Of a DNA stretch of 64,000 nt, positions 37,115-51,170 are shown in pieces. Numbering within the stretch: position 1 is the stretch's first letter; every line of letters begins with the position of its first letter. This DNA is from Vicugna vicugna (Eukaryota), in NCBI GenBank assembly GCA_013265495.1, contig MU058824.1, positions 4,986,691 to 5,050,690 on the forward strand, in the 5' to 3' direction. Under the pieces are notes generated by a model that did no database searches, was not told the DNA's origin, and was given only the letters and a program-made list of their open reading frames with translations. A program made the position numbers and the translations under genes.

Positions 37115-39133
37115 ACCTGGCCTGCCTTTTCAGGTGTCACTCCAGAGCAGCTGGGTCAGGACCTACCTCATCTCCCAGTGATAACACACTCCCAGTGATT
37201 TACACATGCAGGGTGTAAAGGATAAGTAGAACCCAAGTTTGACTTACACAGAAGTAAGCTTGTGACTCTTCCTTCTCTACCACTAAGTAAAGCCAGAAGC
37301 AACAAGAGGCTGGTATGTGGTCACACAGCTGGGATCTGTTTCATAAAGAAAATGGTTTGTTCTGGTGGTAGAGAAAAGTCTTCTTTCTTCCTCCTATAAA
37401 ATTATGTTCTCTATAAACTACTGAGAAAATACATGCAGCAGAGAATGATGGGCAATGGGAGATGGTTCTCCTTCTTCCCTCAGGAACATGCCCCTCTAGG
37501 GGAATGAGGAACCTGGCAGAGATGCGCCAACTTTACTGATGTGCTAAGACACAGCTGCTACACAGCCTAAATGAGACTTGACAAGCTGCAAGGCAGGCCT
37601 GAGGAGTCACAAACTGCTGACAAATTTCAGCTCTACAATCAGGTCAAGCACCATCCCTGATTAGCAAGAACTTCAACATAAATAGCTGATAAATTCCTCA
37701 GGACTCCCTGGCTAAATGGTTACATTTCTAGCCTATATCTCCAAAGGATGTGGCCTCATTTCCATTCCAGAAGCAAATGATCAAAAACTCATAACCAAAG
37801 CAGTTTACATGTCTACTGCCCTCTTGCATAAAAGTCACAGCTCCCATATTTAGGCCTAAGGCTGGTCCTGAACTAGTATCTGCTTATGTATATCCCAGTC
37901 TAATCCACAAAGTGCACTGGCCCTGCCCCAATCTCTATACCCCAAGGAAGCCAAGGGGATTCTCTAATGGGAATCCCAGATTTGAAATTTCATAGGGAAG
38001 TGAACCTCTTGTACTAAAAAGAGCCTACGTTCTAACTGGCTTACTATTAATCAGATAATAACTTCAGTTTTCTGTGGCTTGTTCTGAGATATACCTTAAG
38101 GTGAACCCAATTCTGGAAAATTCTTTTGGTGTAAGACTTTCAAAAGCTTTTCAAAATATGTCCCTAGCCAACACACAAATCTCAAGTGTCTTGGGACTCA
38201 ATGAAGGGACCCCAAAGACTTTCTGTAAAATTCTATATATATTCAAAAATACAGTATGAGGCACTGAGTTATAGGAAACTAGCTATTGTTCAAAGGGGGA
38301 AGAGAAGATTTAAGGGAGACACAATCTTAGTGTGGGGTCTCTGACAGATTAACAGGGAAGTATAGGGGAGAAAGGAATACTCAACCAGGTGAGTCAGGAG
38401 AAAGAGCTAGATTTAGCCTGAAAGCAAAGAACACAAAGGGAAAGACTGTTTTTGGCACTGGAGCCTCAGGCTGCCAGTTCGCCCACACCAATCACACACA
38501 GAGATGACCCCGCTGCTCAGACACAAGATCCTTGGAACCCCTATATTCTAATTCTCCACCCAGTGACAGAAACTCATGCAAAACCCTTTATCCCCTTATC
38601 ACATGTCACCAAGTCTAATCTATTTTACCTTCCCACCTATAAAATCTGCCCCTTTTTCTACAGCCTTTAGCCTAGGCTTGTATCATTTCTCACTTGAGTT
38701 GTTGCATAATATTCATCCTCCCTAGTCTCCCTTCCTCCACAACCACCTCCTTCTCACCCCTCCCTACTCCCAATCCATTCTTAACAATTTATGAGAGGGA
38801 TGATTCTAAAATGTAGATAGGTTTTTTTTGGCACTCATTTTCTTAAAATCCTTCTGCGACGGCTCTCAGGAAAAAGCCCATGCTCCTCAGTCCATTATCA
38901 GAGTTCTCTCTTGAACTGTCCCTGTCTAGAGGGATCTAAAGCTTTCCAATTCCCTAAGTTTGGTCACCCACTGAATGTGCCATCCCATGCTTTCTACTTC
39001 CATATGGCACTGTCTAGAGTGCTATCAGAGAGTAAAAACTAGTACAGTAAGGAGGTTAAAAACTTGATCAGGTGCCTATCAGAAAACAAGACTTGGAACA
39101 AAAACAGTAAAACAAAAACAAAAACTTGGTATC

Positions 39134-39544
39134 TGTTATAGGTTGGACTGTGTTCCCCCAAAATCCATATGTTGAAGTCCTAATCCTCAGTACCTCAGAC
39201 GGTGACCTTGCTTGGAGACAGGGTCTTTACAGAGGTAATCAAGTTAAAATGAGGTCATTAAGGTAGGCCCTATCCAATATGACTGGTATCCTTATAAAAA
39301 GGTAAATTTGGATAAAGAAATAGGTATAGAGGAAAGACAATATGAAGAGATACAGGAGAAGATGACCATCTACAAACCATGAAGAGAGGACTGGAACAGA
39401 CTCCTCTCTCACAGCCCTCAGAAGGGGCTAATCCTGCTTGATTTTGGACTTCTAGCCTCCAGAACAATAAGATAATCAATTTCCGTGGTGTAACCCACCC
39501 GATATGTGGCTACTTAGCTATGACAGCCCTAACAAACTAATGCA
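39134..39544 (+). mobile_element. MaLR solo LTR (MLT1-type)
   Basis: tgttataggttggactgtgttccccc...gaggtaatcaagttaaaatgaggtcatt...gcagccct-like end agccctaacaaactaatgca. Confidence 0.85.
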
Positions 39545-39619
39545 GTGCTTTTGAACATTACTAATATAATTCTGCTCCCAAATTTTTAAAATAAATAGTC
39601 AAATTAATACCTACTAGGT

Positions 39620-40170
39620 ACCTATGTGTAATACCAGGCTTGATGAAAAAATATACTCCTTGCCTTTAGGGAGTTCATAATCTAATAGGAGAAATGCTAT
39701 GATATGGAGCATTGTTATACCCATATTACGAGGAGTGTTAGATCTTGTGCCTGAGTGATTGATAGTGCCATTTACTAACAAAGGACATACAGAAGATGAG
39801 GTGGGAGAAAGAAGAGACAATAAGCACATTTTGAACATACTGCTTCAAGTGCCTATGAAAATTCTGGTGACAATATCCATAGGCACCTAGATATGAGTCT
39901 GGAGCTTGTGAAAGAAGACTGAGGTAGAGAGAGGAATTTGGGATCTGGGATTTATCAGTGTATGGGTAAAAACATGGGTGAGATTATCAAGAGAAGAGAA
40001 TGAAGTGGAAAACAGAGCCCTGGGAATCACCAAGTTTTAAGGGGAGAGCAGAGGAAAAGAAATACAGTAACAGAAACAAAAGATGGAGCTGTCAGAAATT
40101 AGAAAAGGACTTGGAGGGGGAGATACTACCAAAGCCAAAAAGGAAGACTTTTAGAGAGAAACCAGTCAAC
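39620..40170 (-). mobile_element. L2 remnant
   Basis: Antisense L2-like motifs (gatagtgccatttactaac, atatgagtctggagct); limits approximate. Confidence 0.5.
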
Positions 40171-41669
40171 AGTTTTTTATCTCACCTGTCGTAAGAAATG
40201 CTCCAGGATGTTGGTTTTCATCTAGAATGCCCTTCCTAACTTGTCATCTCTGGCTATTTATGTTTAAATGTCCTCAGGTGTGGACCAAATAAAAACATTT
40301 CCCTAGCATGCTCAAAGATGACAACCAGCAAAGGGAAGCAGCAGCCTATGGAACTGGGGAAGATTATTTGCTATAACTTACCTCTTCCCTTTGGCTTCAA
40401 GATGTCTTATTTTGTACATTATGACTGTACTTCTTGATGCGCCTATTTTGGAACGGTGGTAAATCTCTGCTGCATTGTCTATAGAAAGAACACAACTTGC
40501 CACTAACAAGGAGTCGTGGATCTCCCTCATGACATACGTAAACACAGGAAGCAAGTTATCTCTTGATTTCCATCTTTCTAAGCTCATTATTTTATTTCTT
40601 GGACAGCTCCTGATACATAAGAACAATTATTGTCTTAGTACCCTCTGGGAATTCCTCTGACAAGACTTCTCTGACCATCTTAACTCAAAGGGCTTGCTCC
40701 TTACGTTAAAGTCCTATGGCAATTATTTTTCGCTATAATCACTTTTTTCGCAACCAATTACTTTTGGCTTATAATACTACTTTATACTTTTATAAGTATA
40801 AAAGTATACTTATATACTTTTATATACTTAATGTCTAAGTATCAGAAGTTGTGTTAGGGACACAGTAATCAGTTACTGACCTTAAGTGCAATCTAGCAAA
40901 GGAGCTAAAGTCCATATATGTGCAAGGAGAATGCAAGTAGAAAGCAGAAGTAACAAGAAAATAATGGCCAAGAATAGGATCTCTGAATCCCTCAGCTTTG
41001 TTTTTCTATCTACATCTACTAGGTCCCCAAGACACATGAGACAGAGAAGATACTCCACTCTTAATTCCTAAGACTTCAGATTCAAACTCCTGCAAGGCCT
41101 CCTATCTTGGTAAACCAGGCTGGGCCATAAAGACATCTTTAACAGAAAACCAATTCAAAAGATAAGTCAAATAGTTTGCAACTTGACCCCTTGCTTCTGG
41201 GTCCATATCTTTGACTAGACACCTGAATTTCTCCTAGTGCAAAAGGAGGTACCAAAAAGAATATCAAAAGCCCAAAGCAGTTTTCTCAACCTGTGTTTTC
41301 ATGCCCCAGTTTCTTCCAACTGACAGCCCAATTACAGTGGCTATTCTTTGGGTCTGGAGTGAGAGGGCAGCCTTTGGCAAATTCTAAACGTTAGCATGAG
41401 TGACTAATATGTATTATAAGAGACACTGGTGAAATATATGAGAATGTGTAAGAAAATATTTCCATCTTTCAAGGTGCTGGTTTGGATGAAAATCAGGGAA
41501 GGCTCTGTGAAAGAGGGGATATATCTGAGCTTGACCCTGAAGGGTGAATAATATTTGGATATGTGGAAACTGACAAGAAGAAAAGGCATTCAAGGCACAG
41601 AATACAGGATGAGCAAAGATATGAAAAGGACAAAAACGAAGGTGTGATGTTGGAAAGGAAGGGAAACTA

Positions 41670-41900
41670 ACATATGCTGAATGCTAACAACATGCCAGGC
41701 CCTGCTCTCTATATATTATCTTACTTAATCCATATCTATCCACTGAGGCAAATGATATTCAATTCAGAGATGAGAAAACTATGTTTCTAAGAGACTGGGT
41801 GACTTGCCTAAGCCTAAGGTTACAGCTGGTATGTGGTGGAGCCAGATTTCAAACTCAGGCACTTGCTGATTCCAAGGCCCAAATTCTTTCAATTCTATAA
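41670..41900 (-). mobile_element. MIR SINE fragment
   Basis: gatgagaaaact...gtgacttgcctaag...ggagccagatttcaaactcagg. Confidence 0.65.
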
Positions 41901-42379
41901 TCTGGCCTCTGGGTTAACAAAGGTGAGTAAATCAGATTGGGCCAAGTCATGGGTGGTCATGGATGTCAGGCTAAAAAGTTCAGACATAATTTAACTACCA
42001 ATGGAAAAAGAACTTAATGTTTTTTTGAGGAAAAACTTTCACTCATTCACTCACATATCTGTTAAGACTTGCTGGATACCATGCATCAGGGATATAAACT
42101 TAAACAACACAGTCCTTATTCTGTATTTCCATGCCCTTTTCATTTAGCTTTTATTTAAATTTTTTATTGAATTATTATATACAGAAATGTGTACAAATCA
42201 AAACTACATCAGTGTAAACAGAATTCAAATCAAGAACAGATCATCAGAACTCCAGAAGCCCCACTGTGCTCATACCTAATCACTACCTACCCTGCCACCC
42301 AACAATAATCACTATCCTAAAGTCTGACACCACAGGTTACTTTTGCCTATTTCTGAATTTAATATAAAAGGAATCTACA

Positions 42380-42385
42380 GTGCTC

Positions 42386-42416
<31 letters not shown>

Positions 42417-42486
42417 TATACAGAGAAGATTAGCATGGCCCCTGCGCAAGGATGACACGCAAATTCGTGAAACGTTCCATATTTTT
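42380..42486 (+). pseudogene. RNU6: Full-length U6 snRNA retrocopy with poly(A) tail and target-site duplication
   Basis: GTGCTCGCTTCGGCAGCAC...ACAGAGA...CCATATTTTT, two differences from canonical U6 as I recall it; poly(A) 42487-42509; aaaaggaatctacagt repeated at 42366-42381 and 42506-42521. Confidence 0.96.
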
Positions 42487-44489
42487 AAAAAAAAAAAAGA
42501 AAAAAAAAAGGAATCTACAGTAGATATTCTTTTAAGAAACACATAATCTTGAGGGCAAATGCTCATACAATTCCAGGACAGTATGATAAATACCAACTTT
42601 GGCTGTATATGAAATGCTATAGAAAGATAGAAAAATGAGTATCTAAACTCTACTTGGGGACTTTGGGGAAGGCTTCAAAGGATGTGGCATCTAAACTGAG
42701 CCCTGAGTATAAGTGGTAGCCATGACTAGTGATGTTTTAGGAAGATAAATCTGGTGGTGGATTCCAAGAAAAATAAATAAAAGCAAGGAAACCACTGGAA
42801 GACTAATATTCCTGTCTAAGAAGTAAAGAAGACCTGAATGCCAAGGAGAACAGAGAAGAGTCTGATAAATCGTAGAGAGAAAAAGAACCAGATCTGGCAA
42901 GTAATCCAATGTGGGAGGCAAGAGAGAAGGAAGAATGACACCATAATTTTGAGTGGGTGACTAGCAGAACAAGGGTGATTTTAACACAAACAGAGAACAA
43001 AGGAAGAAGAACAGGCCCAAGAGGGAACTTTCAAACACTGGGAAACTGCAGTGAGAATAACTAGTAGATAACTAGATATGAAGACTAGAACCTAAGAACA
43101 AAAGGGAGGTTCAGAAGTATAGATTTGGGAATCACCTGCTTAGAAAGGCTAGTTGGAAGTCTGCTGGCTGCCTAGCACAGAAGCCAGGATCAAGCATAGT
43201 ACCAACCATACAGTAGTTGATCAATTAATGACTCCAGATTAGAAGCTAAGGAGATGCAGATTTGAGATTAAATGAGATGCCATGGGGAAGACTATAGAAA
43301 GAAGAGACAAAGTCAGACAGGAAAGAAGATAGGCAAAGTAAGAAACATAGAAAAAGAATTGGAAGAACCTAAGAAAATCAGAAACTACAAGTAGAGTGTT
43401 TCAAAAAACACTAAGGACTGTTGCAAAGAAAAATGCGAATAAGAACTGAGGAAAGTGTTAGGAAAAAGTATGTTAAATATTTAACTGTTAATTATTTCTA
43501 TCTAACTATATCTCTGGCCTATAAGCTTCTAAATGATAAGAAAATGTCTTACAAATAGCACCAACAGCACCCAGTGTGGTACCCTCTTATTAGTTGGCTT
43601 GATTTAAAGTGTAATAATTATATTAACTGCTTCCTTTGGGTAAACTCTGGCAAAAGGATTTTCTCTCACAGACGAAGAATTCCTTCCCAGACAGTATCAA
43701 ATGTTCCCATTGGTTGGATGGTCACAGAAGCAGCAGGAGTCAGAGAAAGTTGTAGAAATTAAGATGGGCTTATTATTTGAAAGCAAGTAATTTTGAACAG
43801 AAGTATCAATCAGACTTATTCCAAAAGAGTTTACAAAGTACCTCCATTTATTGACATTGTGTTCAGAAAATACTGCCAGCTAGAGCTGAGGCCTGCTGTA
43901 TCTGACACACTCTTCTGACTCTAGGTAGGCTAATGCTATCTTGGCATTCCTCAAAGATGTTCCGATATGCCCCTCAGAAATCTGCACCAAACTCTACCCC
44001 TTCAAATAAGGTGCCCCAAATCCCAATCCTAGATGTAATGTCTTACAATTTATAAGTTTCAGTCACAGCCTAGAACCAGATCTAAAGTTTATAGAAGATC
44101 AATCACTGATAAACATCCAGCTCCAGGTCATAAATGTGTCCAGAATATTTCAGAGGGGAAAAACACCTAAGTAACGTTAAGCATTCCTCCTGACAAGTAC
44201 ACAAAAGCAATGCGGCTTTTTTCTTGCGGGCCCCAGAGAAGCACCAGTATATATAGATGACCTCATCTGAGTGATGCACACAGCAAGTTACTCTAGGAAC
44301 CCCACGCCACCTGGGAGTCTAGATCCCTGCAAAGGCCTGAAATCCTATGGCACTGGTTCCTTGCCACTTTAACGACTAGAAGCAGTTTCACTGGGTTCCC
44401 ATTCAGCAGCAAAGGCTCCAGCTGTGCTCAACAACACCTCTGGCAGGTCACTCAGGCCACTGTAGGAAGGTCATATATATATATATATA

Positions 44490-44650
44490 CAGCAAAAAAG
44501 AAACAAACTCACAGATATAGGAAACAAACTAGTGATAACAATGAGAAAAGGGAAAGAGGAGGGGCAAGACAGCCGCATGAGATTGAGAGATACAAACTAC
44601 TATGTATAAAATAGATAAGCAACAATGACATATTGTACAGCACAGGGAGC
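44490..44650 (+). mobile_element. Cetartiodactyl-type L1 3' end fragment preceded by (TA)n
   Basis: aaacaaactagtgataac...gatacaaactactatgtataaaatagataagcaac...tgtacagcacaggga. Confidence 0.7.
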
Positions 44651-46619
44651 CCTGAAAATTAACAATTCTGAGAAGTAATAGGAGGCCCATTGGTGACTCT
44701 AAAGCAATTGTTTATAAAGCTTTGCCGTCAAAAATGCATTGTTCTATGATCTCACCAAAACTCTGTGAGAGGAGACAGTTATTATCCCTAATTTTATAGC
44801 TGAGGAGACTAAGAAATAGGAAATACTTTGTTTAAGTTCCCTCCGATTTTAAGACTAAGCTACTGCAAGGACTCAGATCTTTCTGTTGCTAGTTTAGTCC
44901 TAAATGTTATTAATAATAGGAATAAGAATAAATAAAGACAAAATTCACTGGATATCATGAATGAGCCCATAAATACCAGCCCTGAGAACATATTTCCCAC
45001 CAACTAGACCTCAGGAAAAAAAGACTCACATGTGAGGAACACTGAAGCTTCTGTGCCATCTTCTTCCCCTTCTGCCCTGAAAAGTATTACTTTGCTAGGG
45101 CTACCATAACATAATACAATGGCCTGAGTGGTTTGAGAAACAGAAATTTATTCTAACAATTCTGGAAGCTAGAAGTCCAAGATCAAGATTTAAAATGGTA
45201 AGTTTTATGTTATATAAATTATATATCTCAATTAAAAAGATATTTTTTGCCTTCAAAAAAAAAAAGGAGGGGTGGGGAACAAGATACCCTTTCCCTTTTC
45301 AGTCCACTGAGAGGAAATGGTGTGGAAGTAGGACTGGATGAGGAGGCTGCAAGAGTATACAATGCAAAGTATCTTTGTCTCTATTTCATCCTAGAACAGC
45401 GAGAGGAAAAAGAAGCAAGCTTTGTGTTAAGGGGAGGGAGAAGCCATAGCTATTGGTGGCTGGAAAGATGAAACTTAAGGATTATAGAAACATTTCTCAA
45501 TCCAAAATGACCACAAGCAAGTATGGATATGACCTCTCCTTTTTCAGACTTTTTTAGGCAAGAGAACCCTCCTCATTCTGTTCCACAAAATAACTGCCCA
45601 GAATGAAAAGGGACTAGATTCTCTACTCAAAATCCTTTTCATTCATCCTGTCAACAGGATATTTACAGAGTGCCTATTATGTATGTAAGACAGATACCTT
45701 ATCCTTCCCTCCCTTTAAAGATAAGGGAAACTCATGATACTAATTCTCCTACATAATAGAAAGGATGGCTTTGCTTTCTCTTACTTCTCAAGAGCCCAAT
45801 CACGTTTAGTGGGTTCAGCGTTAGTTTAGGGAGCACAGGAACAGAATACAGGACACAAAACAGGTTTTGAGAAATGATGTCTTTTGGTTAGAACGAGCTG
45901 AATTTGGGATGTTAACGGGAGAATTGAGTGTACAAGAAGTAGCTAGAAATACAGGTCTAGAGTTCAGGACGGAGGTCTGGGCCAGACATACAGACAAAAG
46001 AGCAATCTACATATGAGTAGTGGTTATAAAGTGACATAATGAATGAGATTTCTTAAAAAGAATGTATAGTTGTCTGAAATAGGACTGAGGAAAGAACCCT
46101 CAAAAGACGAACATTTAACAAGTAAGCAGAGATGAATCAGAAAAGGGCAACCGAAGAGAGATCAGAGAAGATAAATATTGGGGATGGTTTCATAAACATA
46201 AAAACAGGAAGAAGTGTGCAGGAGTGTCAAATACTGCAGCAAAGTCCAATAAGATAAAGACTTAAAAACAACCACTGGATTAGGTAGCTATGAGCTCAAA
46301 GACTGACGTAGTTTTAATGAAATGACAATGAAATAATCTGAGACAGACTTTCCCCAAGTATATTCCTTGGAAAATGAGTCCTGCAGGATCTCCAAAATAG
46401 AGTTTCATGGTCAAAAAGGTTTGTGATAACTGTGAATTATATTATCCCCTTCTTGAAGAATCACAATAAGCCTAACTATATTCAAGTTCTGAGAAATCCT
46501 TCAATAAAGCAATCTGTTGGTGTTACACTCTACTAGAACTCAATGTTTTCCAAACTTTTTGATCATGAAACTGTCATATGACAAAGAATCTATTAACAGT
46601 TCTAGAAACTGGAGCCCTG

Positions 46620-46850
46620 TAGTGCCAAAAACATAGGCTCTGGAGTGAAGTAGGTCTAGATTTGAATTTGGTTCTAACTCTTCCCAGCTAGGTGATCCTG
46701 GATAAGTTTCTATCTTTCTAAACCTCAGTTTTATCATGTATAAAATGGGCCTAATAACAAAAGCATAATTCATAGAATTCTTGTAGAAATTCATATTGGT
46801 AATGCATGTAAAGCACTTACAGTAACAGTATTCAATAATGTGGTTACTGT
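46620..46850 (+). mobile_element. MIR SINE
   Basis: ggctctggagt...aacctcagttttatcatgtataaaatggg...gtaaagcactta. Confidence 0.7.
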
Positions 46851-48659
46851 GATGATGACGGCGATGACAACTACAGTGGTAGCTGAGATTAGAAGGAAAA
46901 CTCTGACGCATATACTAAAATTTTCAATGAATGAATGGGGAGTTATGCAAAACTTGGGACCTAATTGCAACAACGAATGTGGATATGAAAACAGATTATG
47001 TGAGGATCTAGTAATGACCTCAAAGTGGCAGAGAGAGCTAGAGAAAACCAAGCCTCACACCTAATCCAGTAATACATGGGGCATTAAAAAAAAAAAAGGC
47101 ACAGTTTCCCCACAAAAGGGCTTCAGTCAGTAGAGAAGTTATCAGCTATCAGTCTCAGATATCAGGTAAGGACTCCACAGTTTGCCAAAGGACAGAAGAG
47201 GCCTGTTGGGAGCAGCCCTTGTCCAACAGAAGTCTCCTTTGTTTGTGATGCAGTAGTAGGGCCTGTTCTTGGGCAGGGCTTACCATAAAGTTTAAGAGGG
47301 ATGTTAAAAGCTGTGGTCAAGAGAGATCTGGAAGTATTCAGGCTTACTACAGGATTCATACTGCAACACTGCTGTAATAGCAAAATATCAGAAACAAAGA
47401 TCTACCAATAAAGAACAGAGTATACAAATTATAATACAGCCACAGAAAAAAATACTATGCAGCTATTTTTAAAATGCAGTAGCTCTATTTGTGGTAAGAA
47501 GGAAAAATCTCTGAGATAAAGCAGTAAATGAACAAAAGGTGAAGGACAGTGTGTGTGATAAACACACGTACATGCTTATAAATGCACAGATTATCTCTGC
47601 ATCGATTTGTAAGACACAGATAACAATGAGATGAGGGAGATGGGGATTACAGGCCTGGAAGTCTGAAGGAGGAGGGAAATTTGCATTATACATATCCTTA
47701 TTGTATTTTTTTTTATTTTTACAATTACTTATTCAAAACATTCTTTAGTTTTAGTTTTTGTTTTATAAGTGTTAAAGTAGCAATGGTTAGAGAGAAGGCT
47801 GAGAGACTGTGAGAAAAGGTAGGGATAAATGTGGTCTCCATGAGGACAAAGAGCTGAGGTAGTAGGAGTTAAGGTAGGCAACCACGACCAGAGCAAAATC
47901 CTGGAGTTTAAAATTATACCAAGAGTGCTTTCCTGGTGCAACTAGGCCTAAGAGATGGGGTCTTCAAGGGCTTGAACTTTATTATTTTCCCCAGGGGAAT
48001 TCCTTTTTTAGGGTTTCAATAATAGGACACGAAGGAAGTCTCTTTGCTTGGGAGAGAGTCACAAGTAAGAACAGAACTTTACAGGAGACAGTCTATTTGT
48101 TCCCTGTCTTAACTATCTTCCTTGAGAAAATGCTGATCCATCTCTCAGAGGGACTGGCTGCAATCTTGGATCTCCTGGGGTGGCGCCATTTAAACACGCA
48201 CTTTCTAATCTGTTTGCTCAGTTCTACTTTTGCTTACTAACTCTCTTCTCTGTCAGCCTTCTTTAGCAACCCAAGAGCTTCTGTCAAGGCTTCCTCATGG
48301 CCTACCTCCATGCCTTCTCCCTCACTGTCCCTTCCACCTGGAACACCCACCCACCTGCTGCCACCGCAGTCTCTGTTTCTAGAGCTAAAAAGTCTCACCT
48401 CCTCCCCCAGATTTTTCTGCAGCTAAGCCAAATAAGGTACAGATTCACATCCATTCCACCCACATTACCAACATTACTGCCTCATCAGCATTAGCAATGT
48501 CAAACACTTATTAAGGACATATGGCCAGGTACTCAGCCAGCCCAGAATCTGAGATGACCTATATGACCTCTTTCCTCAAGTTGCTGACAATTTTACAGGA
48601 ATGGCATAAGGGTAGCTAGGCTCATATGGCAATTCCTCAAAGCCAACTGAATGCACTAT

Positions 48660-49250
48660 CAGTTAAAGACGTATAAATGACCTATAACTTATGGGAAACA
48701 TTTAAATCACAAATAATCAAAGAAATGCAAATTAAAACAATAGGATACCATTCTTCTTCTGCCAAATTAGCAAAAATTTTCTAAATAGTAATACTCAATG
48801 TTGGTATGGCACATTCAAATACTAAAAGTACAAACTGGAAAAACCTTTCTGAAAACACATGTAGAAGTTTATCCCAAGCATTTAAAATGTATACACTTTT
48901 AAACTCAGCAATTTATTTGAATCTGCTTTTAGAAAATGAAGAAATAATCAGAAATGAAAACAGACTTATGCATAATGTTGCTTATCACAGCATTATTTGT
49001 AAAAGTAAAGAAACAAGAGGAATTGTTAAAGAACAACCACATGATAGAATATTATAACCTATTAATAATCATTAAAGCATGCTTTTAAAAAATATTTAAT
49101 AACCCAGAATAAAGCTCAAAAAAACACCTAGTCAGAAAAATTTTAAGACCACACATAGTATGGACCAAACTGAGTAACTTTATATTAATGTATATAAAAA
49201 TTATACAACACAATGTTAACATTTTACTGTTATTGGCTTTAGGTGCTAGG
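48660..49250 (+). mobile_element. Degraded L1 (L1ME-like) 3' fragment
   Basis: atcaaagaaatgcaaattaaaacaataggataccatt motif; limits approximate. Confidence 0.6.
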
Positions 49251-49514
49251 CCTTGGAAAAAAACTTTAAAGGATTAATTAAGAGAAGATAAAGAAGTACA
49301 TGGAGACTTCCGTAGAAATGCTAATGGGCTTTTCTGGCTACTTAAGCATCCATGAAAGATTGGCTAAACACTCTGCCAGGTTCTATATTGGGCTCTAGAA
49401 CACCAATAAATAGCACAGCCCTGGCATTCAAGGATCTTACAAGTACACAGAAAAGATGTAACAGAAAACAAGTAACCCCATTACATCACAGTAAATGTCA
49501 GTTTAGCAAAAGTA

Positions 49515-50507
49515 CAGTAGTCTCCCCTTATCCAGAGGGGATTTGTTCCAAGACCCCCAGTGGATGCCTGTATATATAAATACGTATGATAAAGTTTAAC
49601 TTATAAATTAGGCATAGTAAGAGATCAACAACAATAATTAATAAGATAGAACAATTATAACAATACAGCTGTCCCTCAATATTCGTGGAGGGTTGGTTCC
49701 AGGACCCGCCATGGATACCAAAATCCATGGATGTTCAAGTCCCATAGTTGGCCCTCCATATCCAAGGTTCTGCATCTGCAGATTCAACCAACCACAAATT
49801 GTGAAGGACTGCAGTATTTATTTTTAAAAAATCCATGTTAGTGGACCCATGCAGTTCAAGCCCGTGTTAATGGGTCAACTATACTGTTATAAAAGTTAAG
49901 TGAATGTGACCTCTCTCTCAAAGTATCATATTGTAAAAATTTAATGCTTTTTCCATTTTAACTAAGCACTCATCACACACACTGTGGCCATAACTTTTGC
50001 AGTTTGAGGTGTGACAGCAAAACTAGCACAAATTTTCTTTTTCCCTCTTTGCAATTTCAGGGAAAGGAGATTCGTTTTTACTGTAGATCTCAGCAACCTC
50101 AGCATATGATTTTTTTCCTTTCCTTATTAAATCAAGAACTTTTACCACTTCATTTAAAGGAAACACTATACAGCTTCTCTTTGAATTACCAGCATCACTA
50201 CTCTTACCCTTTGGGGCCACTATTAAGTAAAATAAGGCTTACTTGATCACAAGCATCATGATATTGAACTGAGATGGTTACTAAGTGCTTAATGGGTGGG
50301 ATACGCTGGACAAAGGGATGATTCATATCCAGGGCAGGATAGAGCAGAAAAACACAAGACTTCATCACACTACTCAGAACAGCATGCAATTTAAAACTTA
50401 TGAGTTGTTTATTTCTAGAATTTTCCATTTAATATTTTTGGATCATGGCTGACGGCAGGTAACCGAAACTGGAGAAAGCGAAACTGTGGATATTGTGGGG
50501 ACAACTG
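49515..50507 (-). mobile_element. TcMar-Tigger element (Tigger7/MER44-like) with remnant transposase HTH
   Basis: TIRs cagtagtctccccttatcc / ggatattgtggggacaactg with TA TSDs; ORF 50023-50220 (MAPKGKSSDAGNSKRS...KVLDLIRKGKKSYAEVAEIYSKNES) resembles a CENP-B-type HTH N-terminus. Confidence 0.85.
49666..49881. mobile_element. MER2-like Tigger MITE nested at a TA site in the Tigger7-like element
   Basis: ta|cagctgtccctc...ttggttccaggaccc...gggtcaacta|ta; the host sequence resumes on both sides. Confidence 0.75.
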
Positions 50508-51170
50508 TATGCACAGCGCGTGGAAGTTTCACCCAAAAAACTGACACCTGATTGGGGTTTTAAAGATGTGAATGAAAAGTTAGCTAGGTGAAGAAAGAGA
50601 AAGTGTATTCCATGCATGGGAAACAGCGAGTACTTTGAAAAACAAAAATCTTTATGTTGGAAGTGTTGACTAGACAAAGAAGCAGAAAGAAGTAAGACTG
50701 GAAAGGCACAGAGGGTCTGTATCAGTGCTTTCCAAATTCTTCTTTATGAAGGATCTGGTTTTTTATTCACAATATGTCACAGACTGATATTTTTGATCTG
50801 TACCCTATTCAATGAGACAAGGCCGCTAATCATGTGCTTGATGTCATGGCAATCCAAATTGCCTCTAAGTGCTCACTTTCAACTTCAGTATTTATTTCAT
50901 CAAAGACTAGAACCAAACAGTTCCTGGACTGGACCTTGTCCATGAATAACAATGTGAGTCACAATGAGCTAGATCATAGTTTTATTTTATCATGAAGGCA
51001 CCGTGGAGTAACTGAAGTATATATATACATGTATTTTTAAATTTCTTCTTCTTAAATCATAGTTTTAATAGATAATTTATAATCCTAAGAAAAAGGTACT
51101 ATTTTTTCTCCCCATTTTCTGGTTTAGGAAAATGTGGCTCATTAAGGTCAAAAAACTTTATTTCAATGGT

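Noticed and set aside
42343..42596. ORFs spanning the U6 copy
   Set aside because: Spurious translation of snRNA and poly(A) sequence
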